A DNA stretch of 64,000 bases from SAR86 cluster bacterium AG-390-O18 (GTDB lineage: Bacteria; Pseudomonadota; Gammaproteobacteria; Magnimaribacterales; AG-339-G14). The position numbers and the translations under genes are program-made. The stretch spans positions 26,075 to 90,074 of the forward strand of contig QCHF01000001.1 of assembly GCA_003279605.1 (NCBI GenBank), read 5' to 3'. The notes beneath the pieces were generated by a model. That model was not told the origin of the DNA. It was given only the letters and a program-made list of their open reading frames with translations, and made no database searches. Of the stretch, positions 52,646 to 61,515 are shown one piece after another (position 1 is the stretch's first letter; the number at the start of each line of letters is the position of its first letter).

Positions 52646-53735
52646 ATGGTTGAACTGTCTTTAGGCGAAAGAATCAAAGTTACTGCTAAGTCTCTAGCTG
52701 AGCTTAGGGGGTACCTTTGACTTTGAAGAAAAGAAAAAACGCTTAGACGAAATCAACACCAGGCTTCAAGACCCTGAAGTTTGGTCTAATCAAGAAGAAA
52801 GTCAGAAATTAGGCAAGGAAAAAGCTTCCTTAGAAAAACTCGTTGATTTGGTAGAGGGATTAAATAACTCTGTAGAAGATCTGAATGAATTATTTGAGCT
52901 AAGCGAAAATGAATCAGAAGCAAACCAATTAAAAGAAGAGCTTTTTAATGTTGAAGAAAAAATTGCAGATTTGGAGTTCCGTAGAATGTTTTCAGGAAAG
53001 ATGGATCAAGCAAACACTTATCTTGATATTCAGTCTGGTTCAGGGGGGACGGAAGCTCAGGATTGGGCAGAAATGCTCTTACGAATGTATTTGAGATGGG
53101 GCGAAAATAAGGGTTTTAAAACCGAATTAATTGAAGTCTCTCCAGGAGAAGTTGCAGGAATTAAAAGCGCCACGATTAAATTTGAAGGCGAGTTTGCTTA
53201 TGGTTGGCTTAGAACAGAATCAGGTGTTCATCGACTGGTTAGAAAGTCACCTTTCGATTCTGGAAATCGTCGTCATACCTCTTTTGCGTCAATTTTTGTG
53301 TCGCCAGAAGTAGATGATGATATTCAAATAGATTTAAATCCTGCAGACATTCGAATCGATACTTACCGAGCTAGCGGTGCAGGAGGACAACACGTAAATA
53401 AAACAGATTCGGCAGTTCGATTGACTCATTTGCCTTCAGGAGTAGTAGTGCAATGTCAAACTCAAAGATCGCAACATAAAAACAAAGATAGTGCGATGAA
53501 GCAGTTACGTGCAAAGCTCTTTGAGATAGAATTAAAAAAGCAACAGCAAGAAATGGAAAATTTAGAAGCATCAAAGGCAGATATCGGTTGGGGAAGTCAA
53601 ATTAGATCTTATGTATTAGACTCGGCAAGAATTAAAGACCTCAGAACAGGCGTAGAAACAGGAAACTGCAACGATGTACTGGATGGAAATTTAGATTTAT
53701 TTATTGAAGCCAGTTTAAAGCAGGGAATTGAATAA
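52646..53735 (+). CDS. prfB: Peptide chain release factor 2, requires a programmed +1 frameshift (52646..52717 joined to 52719..53735)
   Basis: Frame 0 gives [24 protein letters not shown] and then TGA at 52718-52720. The +1 frame continues [22 protein letters not shown]... It carries SPF (RKSPFDS) and GGQ ([16 protein letters not shown]). The ORF track shows only the distal 295 aa. Confidence 0.95.
52705..52721 (+). promoter_or_regulatory. RF2 autoregulatory +1 frameshift site (SD-like AGGGGG, then TAC CTT TGA C)
   Basis: The sequence AGGGGGTACCTTTGAC nearly matches the classical E. coli prfB site AGGGGGTATCTTTGAC. Confidence 0.92.
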
Positions 53736-55189
53736 TGTCTCAAGATAAAGAAGAAAGTCATTTAATTGAAGAAAGGCGAAAGAAACTTGCTGAGCTTAGA
53801 GAAGCTAACAAAGCTTTTCCAAATGATTTCAAAAGAAAACATTTGGCTCAAGAGTTGAAAAACGAGTTTGATGAGTTTTCTAAAGAAGAATTGGAAAAGA
53901 AGAAGGCAAAAGGAATAGTTGCTGGACGCATCATGCTTAGAAGAATGATGGGCAAGGCAAGTTTTACAACCATTCAAGATTTTTCTGGAAGAATTCAGCT
54001 TTACATCAGAGCTGATGAAATTTCGAACTACGATGAATTTAAAAATTATGACTTAGGGGATATTGTCGGTGCAGAAGGTACGGTATTTAAAACCAATACC
54101 GGCGAACTCTCGATACATGTCAAAAAATTAAAACTCTTAACCAAATCTTTACGACCATTACCAGAAAAACACTTAGGTTTAACTGATACCGAAATACGTT
54201 ATCGCAAACGCTACCTGGACTTATTGACCAATCCAGAAAGTTTAGAAGTCTTTAAAACTAGAGCAGAAATAATAAGCAATATTAGAGCTTTTCTGCTAGC
54301 TGATGACTTTATTGAAGTTGAAACTCCTATGATGCATCCCATTCCAGGCGGAGCTACAGCAAGGCCTTTTGTTACGCATCATAACTCTTTGAATATGGAT
54401 CTATTTTTAAGAGTTGCACCAGAATTATATTTGAAGAGATTGGTTGTTGGTGGATTTGAAAAAGTATTTGAGATCAATAGAAATTTCAGAAATGAAGGGC
54501 TTTCAACTAGACACAATCCAGAATTCACTATGTTGGAATTTTATACCGCCTACGTTGATAGTGACTTTCAAATTAAATTTGTGGAGAAGATGTTCAAAGC
54601 AATTACAAAATCATTGCCTCATAAAACAAATATATTCAAAAAAGCTTTTCATAAATTAACTATGGATGAAGCAATATTGCAATTCACTCCTCTGAAGAAA
54701 AAGGACTTAAGTGATGCCAAGAAGCTCAAGGAATTTTGCAAATCAGAAAAAATAAAAATGGATGCTAAGGGTTCATTAGCCATCATGAAAAATGAAATAT
54801 TTGAAGCATTGGTCGAAGAGAAACTTATAGAGCCTACTTTTATTACTGAATATCCAATTGAAGTTTCACCTTTAGCGAGAGCTTCGACTGTAAATCCTGA
54901 GGTGGCAGAAAGATTTGAACTTTTTATAGACGGTAAAGAGATTGCTAATGGCTTTTCTGAGTTAAACGATCCTGAAGAACAGGCAGAACGTTTCAAAGGT
55001 CAAGTTGCTAAAAAGGATGCAGGTGACAATGAAGCGATGCATTTTGATAAAGATTACATCGAAGCTCTAGAGCATGGGTTAGCACCATGTGCCGGAGTTG
55101 GTATTGGTATAGATAGATTAACCATGTTAATTACCGGTACCGAATCTATTCGAGATGTTTTATTATTTCCTCAACTAAAAAACAAATAA
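53735..55189 (+). CDS. lysS: Lysine--tRNA ligase (class II)
   Basis: It has an OB anticodon-binding domain and class II motifs (FRNEG, ELFIDGKEIANGFSELNDP, GVGIGIDRL). The prfB-lysS linkage matches E. coli. Confidence 0.96.
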   Translation: MSQDKEESHLIEERRKKLAELREANKAFPNDFKRKHLAQELKNEFDEFSKEELEKKKAKGIVAGRIMLRRMMGKASFTTIQDFSGRIQLYIRADEISNYDEFKNYDLGDIVGAEGTVFKTNTGELSIHVKKLKLLTKSLRPLPEKHLGLTDTEIRYRKRYLDLLTNPESLEVFKTRAEIISNIRAFLLADDFIEVETPMMHPIPGGATARPFVTHHNSLNMDLFLRVAPELYLKRLVVGGFEKVFEINRNFRNEGLSTRHNPEFTMLEFYTAYVDSDFQIKFVEKMFKAITKSLPHKTNIFKKAFHKLTMDEAILQFTPLKKKDLSDAKKLKEFCKSEKIKMDAKGSLAIMKNEIFEALVEEKLIEPTFITEYPIEVSPLARASTVNPEVAERFELFIDGKEIANGFSELNDPEEQAERFKGQVAKKDAGDNEAMHFDKDYIEALEHGLAPCAGVGIGIDRLTMLITGTESIRDVLLFPQLKNK

Positions 55190-55194
55190 GAATT

Positions 55195-56394
55195 ATGAGT
55201 AAAGATTGGACAAAAATTAGATCAAAGGTAAAAGATTTCATTGAAAGTGAAATTTATCCTAAAGAAACCGAGTTAGCTAAGGGCACTCCCGAGTCACGAG
55301 AAATGCTTGGTTCATTAATGCAATTGGCAAAGGATGAAAAAATTTGGGCATTGGGACACCCAGAAGATATTGGTGGAGGCGGAATGCCTTTTATGGAATA
55401 CGTATACGTAAATGAGGTCATTGGTAGATCTTCTTTTGCCATGGTGGCATTGGGCACACATTCTCTTCAAGATTCAATAATGCTTCGAGAATTTGCTTCC
55501 CCACATTGGCGCGATCAGTACCTCGAACCCTTAGTTCAAGGAGAAATCTTTCCAAGTTTTGGCATGACTGAGCCTGATGTTGCAAGTTCTGATCCTACTC
55601 AATTACAAACCACAGCTATCCTTGAAAATGGTACGTGGAAAATAAATGGTACAAAATGGTTTACCACTGGAGCTGCCAGAGCTGCCTACACTACAGTGAT
55701 GTGTCGAACCGAATTAGACGCTCCTAGTCATGGCGCTTTCAGCATGATCATTGTTCCAACAGATAACCCAGGTTATAAAATTGTTAGAGAAACTCCTGTA
55801 CTTGGTATTAATGGTGGACACTACGAAGTTAAATACGACAACGTCGAAGTTCCTGAAGAAAATTTATTAGGTCCAAGGGGGCAAGGATTTATCATCGCAC
55901 AGAAACGACTTGGGCCTGGAAGAATTTTTCATTGCATGCGCTGGTTAGGCCAAGCTCAAAGAGCTTTTGACTTGCTTTGTGAAAGAATGCACGAAAGAGA
56001 GACTTTCGGTACTCCTTTAACAAAAAAACAACTGCTGCAAAAATTTGTTTTCGATAGTGCTTGTGAAATTCAAGCTTCTCGTCACTTAACCCTTGATGCT
56101 GCTAAAAGAATTGACCAGGGAGATGATGCGAGAATTGAAATTGGTTTGATTAAAGTGGTTGGGGCAGAGATGCTACACAATGTCATAGATCGAGCCATCC
56201 AAGTTCATGGTGCGAAAGGACTCACTGACGATACTCCATTAAGTCTTATGTATAGACATGCTAGGGAGGCAAGAATTTATGACGGTCCTGATGAAGTTCA
56301 TGTCCAATCCGTTGCGAGACGTATTCTTAAGAACTATGAAAATAATGGTCCTGGGTGGGATTTTGGCGAGCGAGATGCATCCCTAGTATCTTAA
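55195..56394 (+). CDS. Acyl-CoA dehydrogenase family protein, ACAD10/11 / FadE2-like subgroup
   Basis: ACAD fold with GMTEPDVASSDP and the subgroup-typical LGPGRIFHCMRWLG segment. It ends ARIYDGPDEVH. Confidence 0.85.
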   Translation: MSKDWTKIRSKVKDFIESEIYPKETELAKGTPESREMLGSLMQLAKDEKIWALGHPEDIGGGGMPFMEYVYVNEVIGRSSFAMVALGTHSLQDSIMLREFASPHWRDQYLEPLVQGEIFPSFGMTEPDVASSDPTQLQTTAILENGTWKINGTKWFTTGAARAAYTTVMCRTELDAPSHGAFSMIIVPTDNPGYKIVRETPVLGINGGHYEVKYDNVEVPEENLLGPRGQGFIIAQKRLGPGRIFHCMRWLGQAQRAFDLLCERMHERETFGTPLTKKQLLQKFVFDSACEIQASRHLTLDAAKRIDQGDDARIEIGLIKVVGAEMLHNVIDRAIQVHGAKGLTDDTPLSLMYRHAREARIYDGPDEVHVQSVARRILKNYENNGPGWDFGERDASLVS

Positions 56395-56395
56395 G

Positions 56396-57358
56396 ATGTC
56401 AGATTTTCAGGAATTTTTAGAAAATTCTCTGCAGCAAAAAATTAAGCAACTGATTCCTCTCACAGGAGGAGCTTCTGCAGATATTAATCGTATTGTTCTT
56501 GCTAATGAAGATGAACTTATAGTTAGAAGAACTCTGTCGCAAGAAAAATCCGTTATGGCAATTCCAAAAATCTTAGAAGCAAAAATACAGAAAGTTGTTA
56601 AAAAAAATGGAGCTCCTGTACCAGATATCATATTTGAGTTTTCTGAAGGCGAAGAAATAGGCGAGGGTTATGTCATGGAAGCAATTCCAGGAGAGACTAT
56701 TCCTCGTAAAATTCTTAGAGATGAAAAATTTTCATCTGCTCGAGAAAAACTTCCTTTTGAAATCGGTAAATCTTTGGCCAAAATCCATCAAACACAATTA
56801 GAAGATTTAAAAGCTCTTGATCAGGTGACCTTTTCAGACTCTTTAGAAAAACTCTTTCAGGTATATCTAAGCTTTAACCAACCACAACCAGTCTTTGATT
56901 TAGCTTTTAAATGGCTTGAAGCCCAAGAACTCAAAGACTATGGAGAAGTTTTAGTTCATGGAGATTTTCGTTTTGGAAACTTCATTATTTCGGAAGAAAA
57001 TTTAGAATCTATTATTGATTGGGAGTTAGCTCATATAGGCAACCCTATGGAAGATCTTGGATGGCTTTGCGTGCGGTCTTGGCGATTTGGTAATGTCAAA
57101 AAAAGGGTAGGTGGTTTAGGAGATACCAAAGATCTCATTGCTGGTTATGAATCCAACTCTGATATAAAAATTGATGAATCTCAGCTTGATATATGGCAGC
57201 TCTATGGCTCATTACGCTGGGGAGTTATTTGCATGATGCAAACTTTTGCTCATCTAAGTGGAATGGTTAATTCAGTAGAAAAAGCAGCGATTGGCAGAAG
57301 AGTATCCGAAACGGAATTTGATTTAATGAATATGATTAAGCATAAAAATTTCTTATGA
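56396..57358 (+). CDS. Aminoglycoside-phosphotransferase-fold (APH/ChoK-like) kinase family protein
   Basis: The catalytic loop LVHGDFRFGNFII and the IDWELAHIGNPMEDL motif are present; 320 aa. Confidence 0.82.
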   Translation: MSDFQEFLENSLQQKIKQLIPLTGGASADINRIVLANEDELIVRRTLSQEKSVMAIPKILEAKIQKVVKKNGAPVPDIIFEFSEGEEIGEGYVMEAIPGETIPRKILRDEKFSSAREKLPFEIGKSLAKIHQTQLEDLKALDQVTFSDSLEKLFQVYLSFNQPQPVFDLAFKWLEAQELKDYGEVLVHGDFRFGNFIISEENLESIIDWELAHIGNPMEDLGWLCVRSWRFGNVKKRVGGLGDTKDLIAGYESNSDIKIDESQLDIWQLYGSLRWGVICMMQTFAHLSGMVNSVEKAAIGRRVSETEFDLMNMIKHKNFL

Positions 57359-57702
57359 GTGTTTTTGATAGACCAACTTCTAAAGAACTTTTAGAGGCAG
57401 TAATTGATTTCATTGACGCCGAAATAAAATCGGATTCTTATCCTGCAAATAAAAAGTTTAAATTTCAGATTGTTTTAAATGTCCTAAATGTTGTTAAGAG
57501 GGAGGTTGAAACTGGAGAAGAAATAAATAAAAAATTTTCTGAGCTAGGCTCAAACCTTATTGGAGAAAATGAGTTCACCATAGAAAAATTGTCCCAAAAA
57601 ATTAGAGATAAAGAATTTGATCATGAAGACAAAGATCTTGTAGATTTTCTATATAACCTTACAGAGGAAAAAATTAAAATAGACAATCCGAAATATAAAT
57701 AA
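57355..57702 (+). CDS. Small helical protein, DUF6285-like (family name from memory)
   Basis: 115 aa. It starts RPTSKELLEAVIDFIDAEI and ends IDNPKY. It overlaps the kinase stop by 4 nt (ATGA). Confidence 0.6.
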   Translation: MSVFDRPTSKELLEAVIDFIDAEIKSDSYPANKKFKFQIVLNVLNVVKREVETGEEINKKFSELGSNLIGENEFTIEKLSQKIRDKEFDHEDKDLVDFLYNLTEEKIKIDNPKYK

Positions 57703-57714
57703 CTAAAAACTGTC

Positions 57715-58536
57715 ATGGATGCAAAAATATATGGTCACAATCATTCTCCCTGGGTTCAAGCAGTATTATTAGGGTTACATGAAAAGAAAATAAAATATAC
57801 CTTGTATCAAACACCGCCATTTGAAATATTTAAAATCTGGGGTGTTTATATGCCGGCTGCTGCTTTAGATGGAAATTCTTGGGAAGTTGAGTCTTCAAAA
57901 ATATTAAAAAAAATTGGATTCAATAAAGTTTCTGAACAAGATATCCGAGCCGCTCAGGATGCATGGAAGGGCGTCTTACACCGCCCTGATAATCCCTTTA
58001 AATTTTTTTCAGCATGGGCTCATGCTTGTGACTTGAACTTACCATTTATTAAAAGCTTGATGAATAGCTTTCTTTTAAGTTTTACATGTTTTTACATGTT
58101 CCTGCTTATAAATATCATAAAAGTTAGATTTAATATGAAAGACCCTGAAAATTTCGGAGATCAATATCTTTTTTGGGAAAATGAGCTTCTTGAATCCGAT
58201 GGTTCTTTCATTGATGGTCTCAATCCTGGTACAAGAGATTTCTTACTTTTTGGAGTAATTCAGTGCCATTCAAGTCTTCCTGTTCCTGCTCTCAAAGCCC
58301 TTCAAAATGACGAAAGACTCCTCAACTTGAGAATTTGGATGCATAAGATGCATGAAAGGTTTGAAGATTATCCTCATCTTTATTCAGGGGAATTTTTTGA
58401 GCCTAATTTACCACTTCCGAAGTCTTCAAGTTTTTTACAAAAGATTTTCTTTTATTTTGGAATAATAATTATGTTCCTTGCTTTTCCTATAACATTGCCA
58501 CTTGCTTTATTTTTAATGAAAAAAGCTCCAAGATAA
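57715..58536 (+). CDS. GST-like protein with predicted transmembrane segments
   Basis: It has a GST N-domain pattern (IYGHNHSPWVQAVLLGLHEKKIKY ... PAAALDGNSWEVESSKILKKIG). There is a central hydrophobic helix (LLSFTCFYMFLLINII) and a C-terminal TM segment (IFFYFGIIIMFLAFPITLPLALFLM). Confidence 0.55.
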   Translation: MDAKIYGHNHSPWVQAVLLGLHEKKIKYTLYQTPPFEIFKIWGVYMPAAALDGNSWEVESSKILKKIGFNKVSEQDIRAAQDAWKGVLHRPDNPFKFFSAWAHACDLNLPFIKSLMNSFLLSFTCFYMFLLINIIKVRFNMKDPENFGDQYLFWENELLESDGSFIDGLNPGTRDFLLFGVIQCHSSLPVPALKALQNDERLLNLRIWMHKMHERFEDYPHLYSGEFFEPNLPLPKSSSFLQKIFFYFGIIIMFLAFPITLPLALFLMKKAPR

Positions 58537-58552
58537 TTTGTAAAAGTTAAAA

Positions 58553-58783
58553 ATGAATAAAGAAAATTTTGAACCAATAAGATTTCTTAATTATTTAAAA
58601 CACAGAGCAGATCATCAGGGAGTTCCCCTAGCTTTGGATGAGGGTTTTATTATGGAATCTTTTCATGTTGGGGTAAGGTATTTTTTTGGAGTTACTATTG
58701 ACGATAAGGGAATGCCAATTCACGATAGAAAACAGCCTTACGAAGGTTTTTTAGAAGAGTGGATTGAAAGGAGTATTAACTGA
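58553..58783 (+). CDS. Hypothetical 76-aa protein
   Basis: It is an open frame in a densely coding region. I recognise no family and see no strong RBS. Confidence 0.4.
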   Translation: MNKENFEPIRFLNYLKHRADHQGVPLALDEGFIMESFHVGVRYFFGVTIDDKGMPIHDRKQPYEGFLEEWIERSIN

Positions 58784-58908
58784 TGAATAAAACTTTGATA
58801 TTTATAATTTTAGTTTTAGTTTTTGGAGGAGCTTTTCTCTACAATTTTTATCATACTCAGTTGGAAAAAATGCAACATTCAGTTGAGCACATGATCCATC
58901 GACATTAA
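58783..58908 (+). CDS. Unlisted 41-aa single-pass membrane peptide with a His-rich tail (MNKTLIFIILVLVFGGAFLYNFYHTQLEKMQHSVEHMIHRH)
   Basis: Its ATG overlaps the preceding TGA (TGATG). A strong AAGGAG lies 9 nt upstream (58768-58773). It fills the space exactly up to the convergent mdh stop. It is below the size cut-off of the ORF track. Confidence 0.45.
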   Translation: MNKTLIFIILVLVFGGAFLYNFYHTQLEKMQHSVEHMIHRH

Positions 58909-59904
58909 TCAAAGTAAATCTTTTATATCGTTTCTCTCATCCAGAAGCTCTTGAGTGGTCAAATCGATTTTTTCCTGAGCATACTCGCTTATTGGTAAAT
59001 CTTGGACAATTGAAACCTTTCCACTGGCATCTGCTTTCAAAGGAAAGCCAAAGATCAAACCTTCTGGAACATTGTAACTACCGTCACTTAAAACTGCCGC
59101 ACTAAACCAGTCATCTGCAAGAGTTTCTGAAAGCGTTGCTTTTACCGTATCAATAGCAGCATTGGCCGCTGACGTTGCAGATGAGGCTCCTCTGGCATCG
59201 ATAATGGCTTTCCCACGTTGTTGCACGATTTTAAGAAAATCGTTTTCGATCCAGTTTTGGTCATTGATCCAACCGCTAGCTGATTCGCCTTTGATTTCTG
59301 CATTGTCTAGATCGGGATACATGGTAGGACTGTGGTTTCCCCAAATGGTCATTTTCTTAATATCAGAGATTTCTAAATCACATTTATTTGCAACCTGAGC
59401 TTTTGCTCTATTGGCATCTAAGGCAGTCATTGCCATCCATATTTGAGAAGCATTGTTACCATGCTTGCAACCAATTAGAGCGTTGGTATTTGCCGGGTTT
59501 CCAACAACAAGTATTTTTGCATCTGCCTTAGCATTATCTCCCAAGGCTTTTCCCTGTTCGGTAAAGATGCCTCCATTTATTTTTAATAAGTCCGCACGTT
59601 CTTCAATTTTTTTCCCATTGATAGTGATACCTCTCGGGATGCTACCAACTAAAAGAGCCCAATCAACATCTCCTGAAGCTTCATTCATGTCGGAAAAGTT
59701 TTTTACAGTCCCTAAAGTATTAAAACCACAATCTTCTAATTCCATGCGAGAGCCTTCAAGCCTGGATACAACTTGAGGTACTTCAACAAGATTTAAATTA
59801 ACTTTTACATCTGAGCCAAAAGTTTCGCCACTAGCCAATCTAGTTAGTAAGGCATAACCGATTTGGCCAGCTGCTCCAGTTACTAAAACATTTACTTCTT
59901 TCAT
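58909..59904 (-). CDS. mdh: Malate dehydrogenase (NAD, cytosolic/Thermus-type family)
   Basis: Contains VLVTGAAGQIGYALL, MELEDCGF and VVGNPANTNALI; 331 aa. Confidence 0.93.
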   Translation of the reverse strand: MKEVNVLVTGAAGQIGYALLTRLASGETFGSDVKVNLNLVEVPQVVSRLEGSRMELEDCGFNTLGTVKNFSDMNEASGDVDWALLVGSIPRGITINGKKIEERADLLKINGGIFTEQGKALGDNAKADAKILVVGNPANTNALIGCKHGNNASQIWMAMTALDANRAKAQVANKCDLEISDIKKMTIWGNHSPTMYPDLDNAEIKGESASGWINDQNWIENDFLKIVQQRGKAIIDARGASSATSAANAAIDTVKATLSETLADDWFSAAVLSDGSYNVPEGLIFGFPLKADASGKVSIVQDLPISEYAQEKIDLTTQELLDERNDIKDLL

Positions 59905-59915
59905 GTGTTTTTCCT

Positions 59916-61457
59916 TTAAATTAAGTTAAAAATATTCTTTCCTTGTTTTTGAGAAACGGATACTTTTGCATCCAACATCTCATTTTTAATCATGTTATTC
60001 AGAAGAATCTCATCTTTTTCGCTATTAGCAATAAATCTAGTTCCATCTTCTAGAGATCCGATTATTAATGCAAATTCTAAACCTTTTCTACCATTAACGA
60101 CGGTATAAGTATCTATCTTTCCTTTTCCTGAAGGTGTTTCCGTGAAATTTTGAATGGCTTTTGAGTTGATATCTTTTTGAAGAGAACTGTTATTTATTTT
60201 TTCAAAAGGTTTAGCTGGTATTGTCGACATTACAAGAGCTGCGTGTTTAGTGATAAACCATGAATTTGCAGTAAGCAATCCATAAGTTTGAGGATTTTTT
60301 CTGAGTTGTCTTACCATTTCTGTAGTTGAAAACATCGTGTAAGAATTTCCAGGGCCTCCAAAGTAGGGTAAACCTCCTGTAACCGTTAAATCTTTTTTGT
60401 CTTCCGGAATACTCAATTCTTTTTTTGCAATTTGTACTGCTGAAGGGAAACAAGAATACAAATCAAAATGTTTGATGTCGGATAAAGAAATTTCAGCTTG
60501 ATCCAAAGATTGATTTACACAAGTCTTGATTGCAGGGGAAGAGAAAAAATTAGGCCTTTCAGTCACGTTCCAAATATCATTGAGAATAGAGCAGCCATGA
60601 ACATACACTCTTTTGTTTTCTACTACATTAAGTTCATCGGCTTTACTTTGGGACATCAAGATAAAAGCAGAAGCCATGTTTACTCGAATGACTGAATTTA
60701 AATATTTTGTATATGGAAAACCAACCATTCGATTGTTTGACGTTTCTTCTGCAATCTCTCTTGCGTTACGATAGGAAGGAAACCAAGAATAAGGATTTTT
60801 TGATGCAATCTTGCTGAATTCGCTGAATAACACACTACATTCATCAAGATGAGCAGCCGCTGTTTTCTTCTCTCTTTTTCTCAATGCTTGAGCAAAAAGA
60901 GGGTATACGTTGGTTGGTAAGTCCATTCCATGTAACTTTTCGTGATCTGAAAAACCAATATCATTATTGCCTATCATCTCTGGCGAGCCTCCTGGCTCAT
61001 CTAGCCAATCCAATGACATACCAGCTTTTAACTTAGCTATCATTGTTTGAAGAGCTTCCCCTCCACTAAGCAAAGCGCAATCTGTTTCCCCAGTGGAAAT
61101 TTTAACTAGAGCATCCTCTAACAATACTTGAGGGCTATTACCACCCATCGGTGCATATACTTCATTTTTTGCTGAGACATTGAGTTTATTGGCAAGAGTT
61201 CTTGGAAAATTTGAATATTGAAAGTTTGATTGGTTGGTTGCGGTAAGAAAATCTACAGTGAACCTAACTACACCTAAATAATCAATATGCTTATTCAATT
61301 CTTTGATTCCAGAGTCTTGAATCGCATGCTCGCAGGCCTTTGCAAGAAGCTCTTGTGGGTTCAGCCCATCTTCTTTGGATCTATCAACTAAGTCACCGAC
61401 ACCAACGATGACAGGAGCTCGTTTATCAATTTTTTTATTTTGCTTACGTTCTGACAA
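59916..61457 (-). CDS. Thiolase-fold protein (SCP2/DUF35-associated thiolase-like) with a ~100-aa C-terminal extension
   Basis: It has a thiolase-like N-terminus (APVIVGVGDL) and C-half motifs (DLYSCFPSAVQIA, GGLPYFGGPGNSYTM). 513 aa, TTG start. The canonical nucleophile Cys motif is not evident to me. Confidence 0.65.
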   Translation of the reverse strand: MSERKQNKKIDKRAPVIVGVGDLVDRSKEDGLNPQELLAKACEHAIQDSGIKELNKHIDYLGVVRFTVDFLTATNQSNFQYSNFPRTLANKLNVSAKNEVYAPMGGNSPQVLLEDALVKISTGETDCALLSGGEALQTMIAKLKAGMSLDWLDEPGGSPEMIGNNDIGFSDHEKLHGMDLPTNVYPLFAQALRKREKKTAAAHLDECSVLFSEFSKIASKNPYSWFPSYRNAREIAEETSNNRMVGFPYTKYLNSVIRVNMASAFILMSQSKADELNVVENKRVYVHGCSILNDIWNVTERPNFFSSPAIKTCVNQSLDQAEISLSDIKHFDLYSCFPSAVQIAKKELSIPEDKKDLTVTGGLPYFGGPGNSYTMFSTTEMVRQLRKNPQTYGLLTANSWFITKHAALVMSTIPAKPFEKINNSSLQKDINSKAIQNFTETPSGKGKIDTYTVVNGRKGLEFALIIGSLEDGTRFIANSEKDEILLNNMIKNEMLDAKVSVSQKQGKNIFNLI

Positions 61458-61515
61458 GATGTAATATTACCGACTTGAGTTAATCAAACGCATATTAAAT
61501 AACAAGGAGAACTAA

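Noticed and set aside
58081-58100. A perfect 10-nt tandem duplication (TTTACATGTT x2) inside the GST-like gene, possibly a recent frameshifting duplication or pseudogenisation.
   Set aside because: The frame is open on both sides. GST-like features are present both upstream (N-domain) and downstream (C-domain-like region, terminal TM segment). The duplication lies in a hydrophobic Phe/Tyr/Met-rich helix of AT-rich sequence, so it is probably coincidental.
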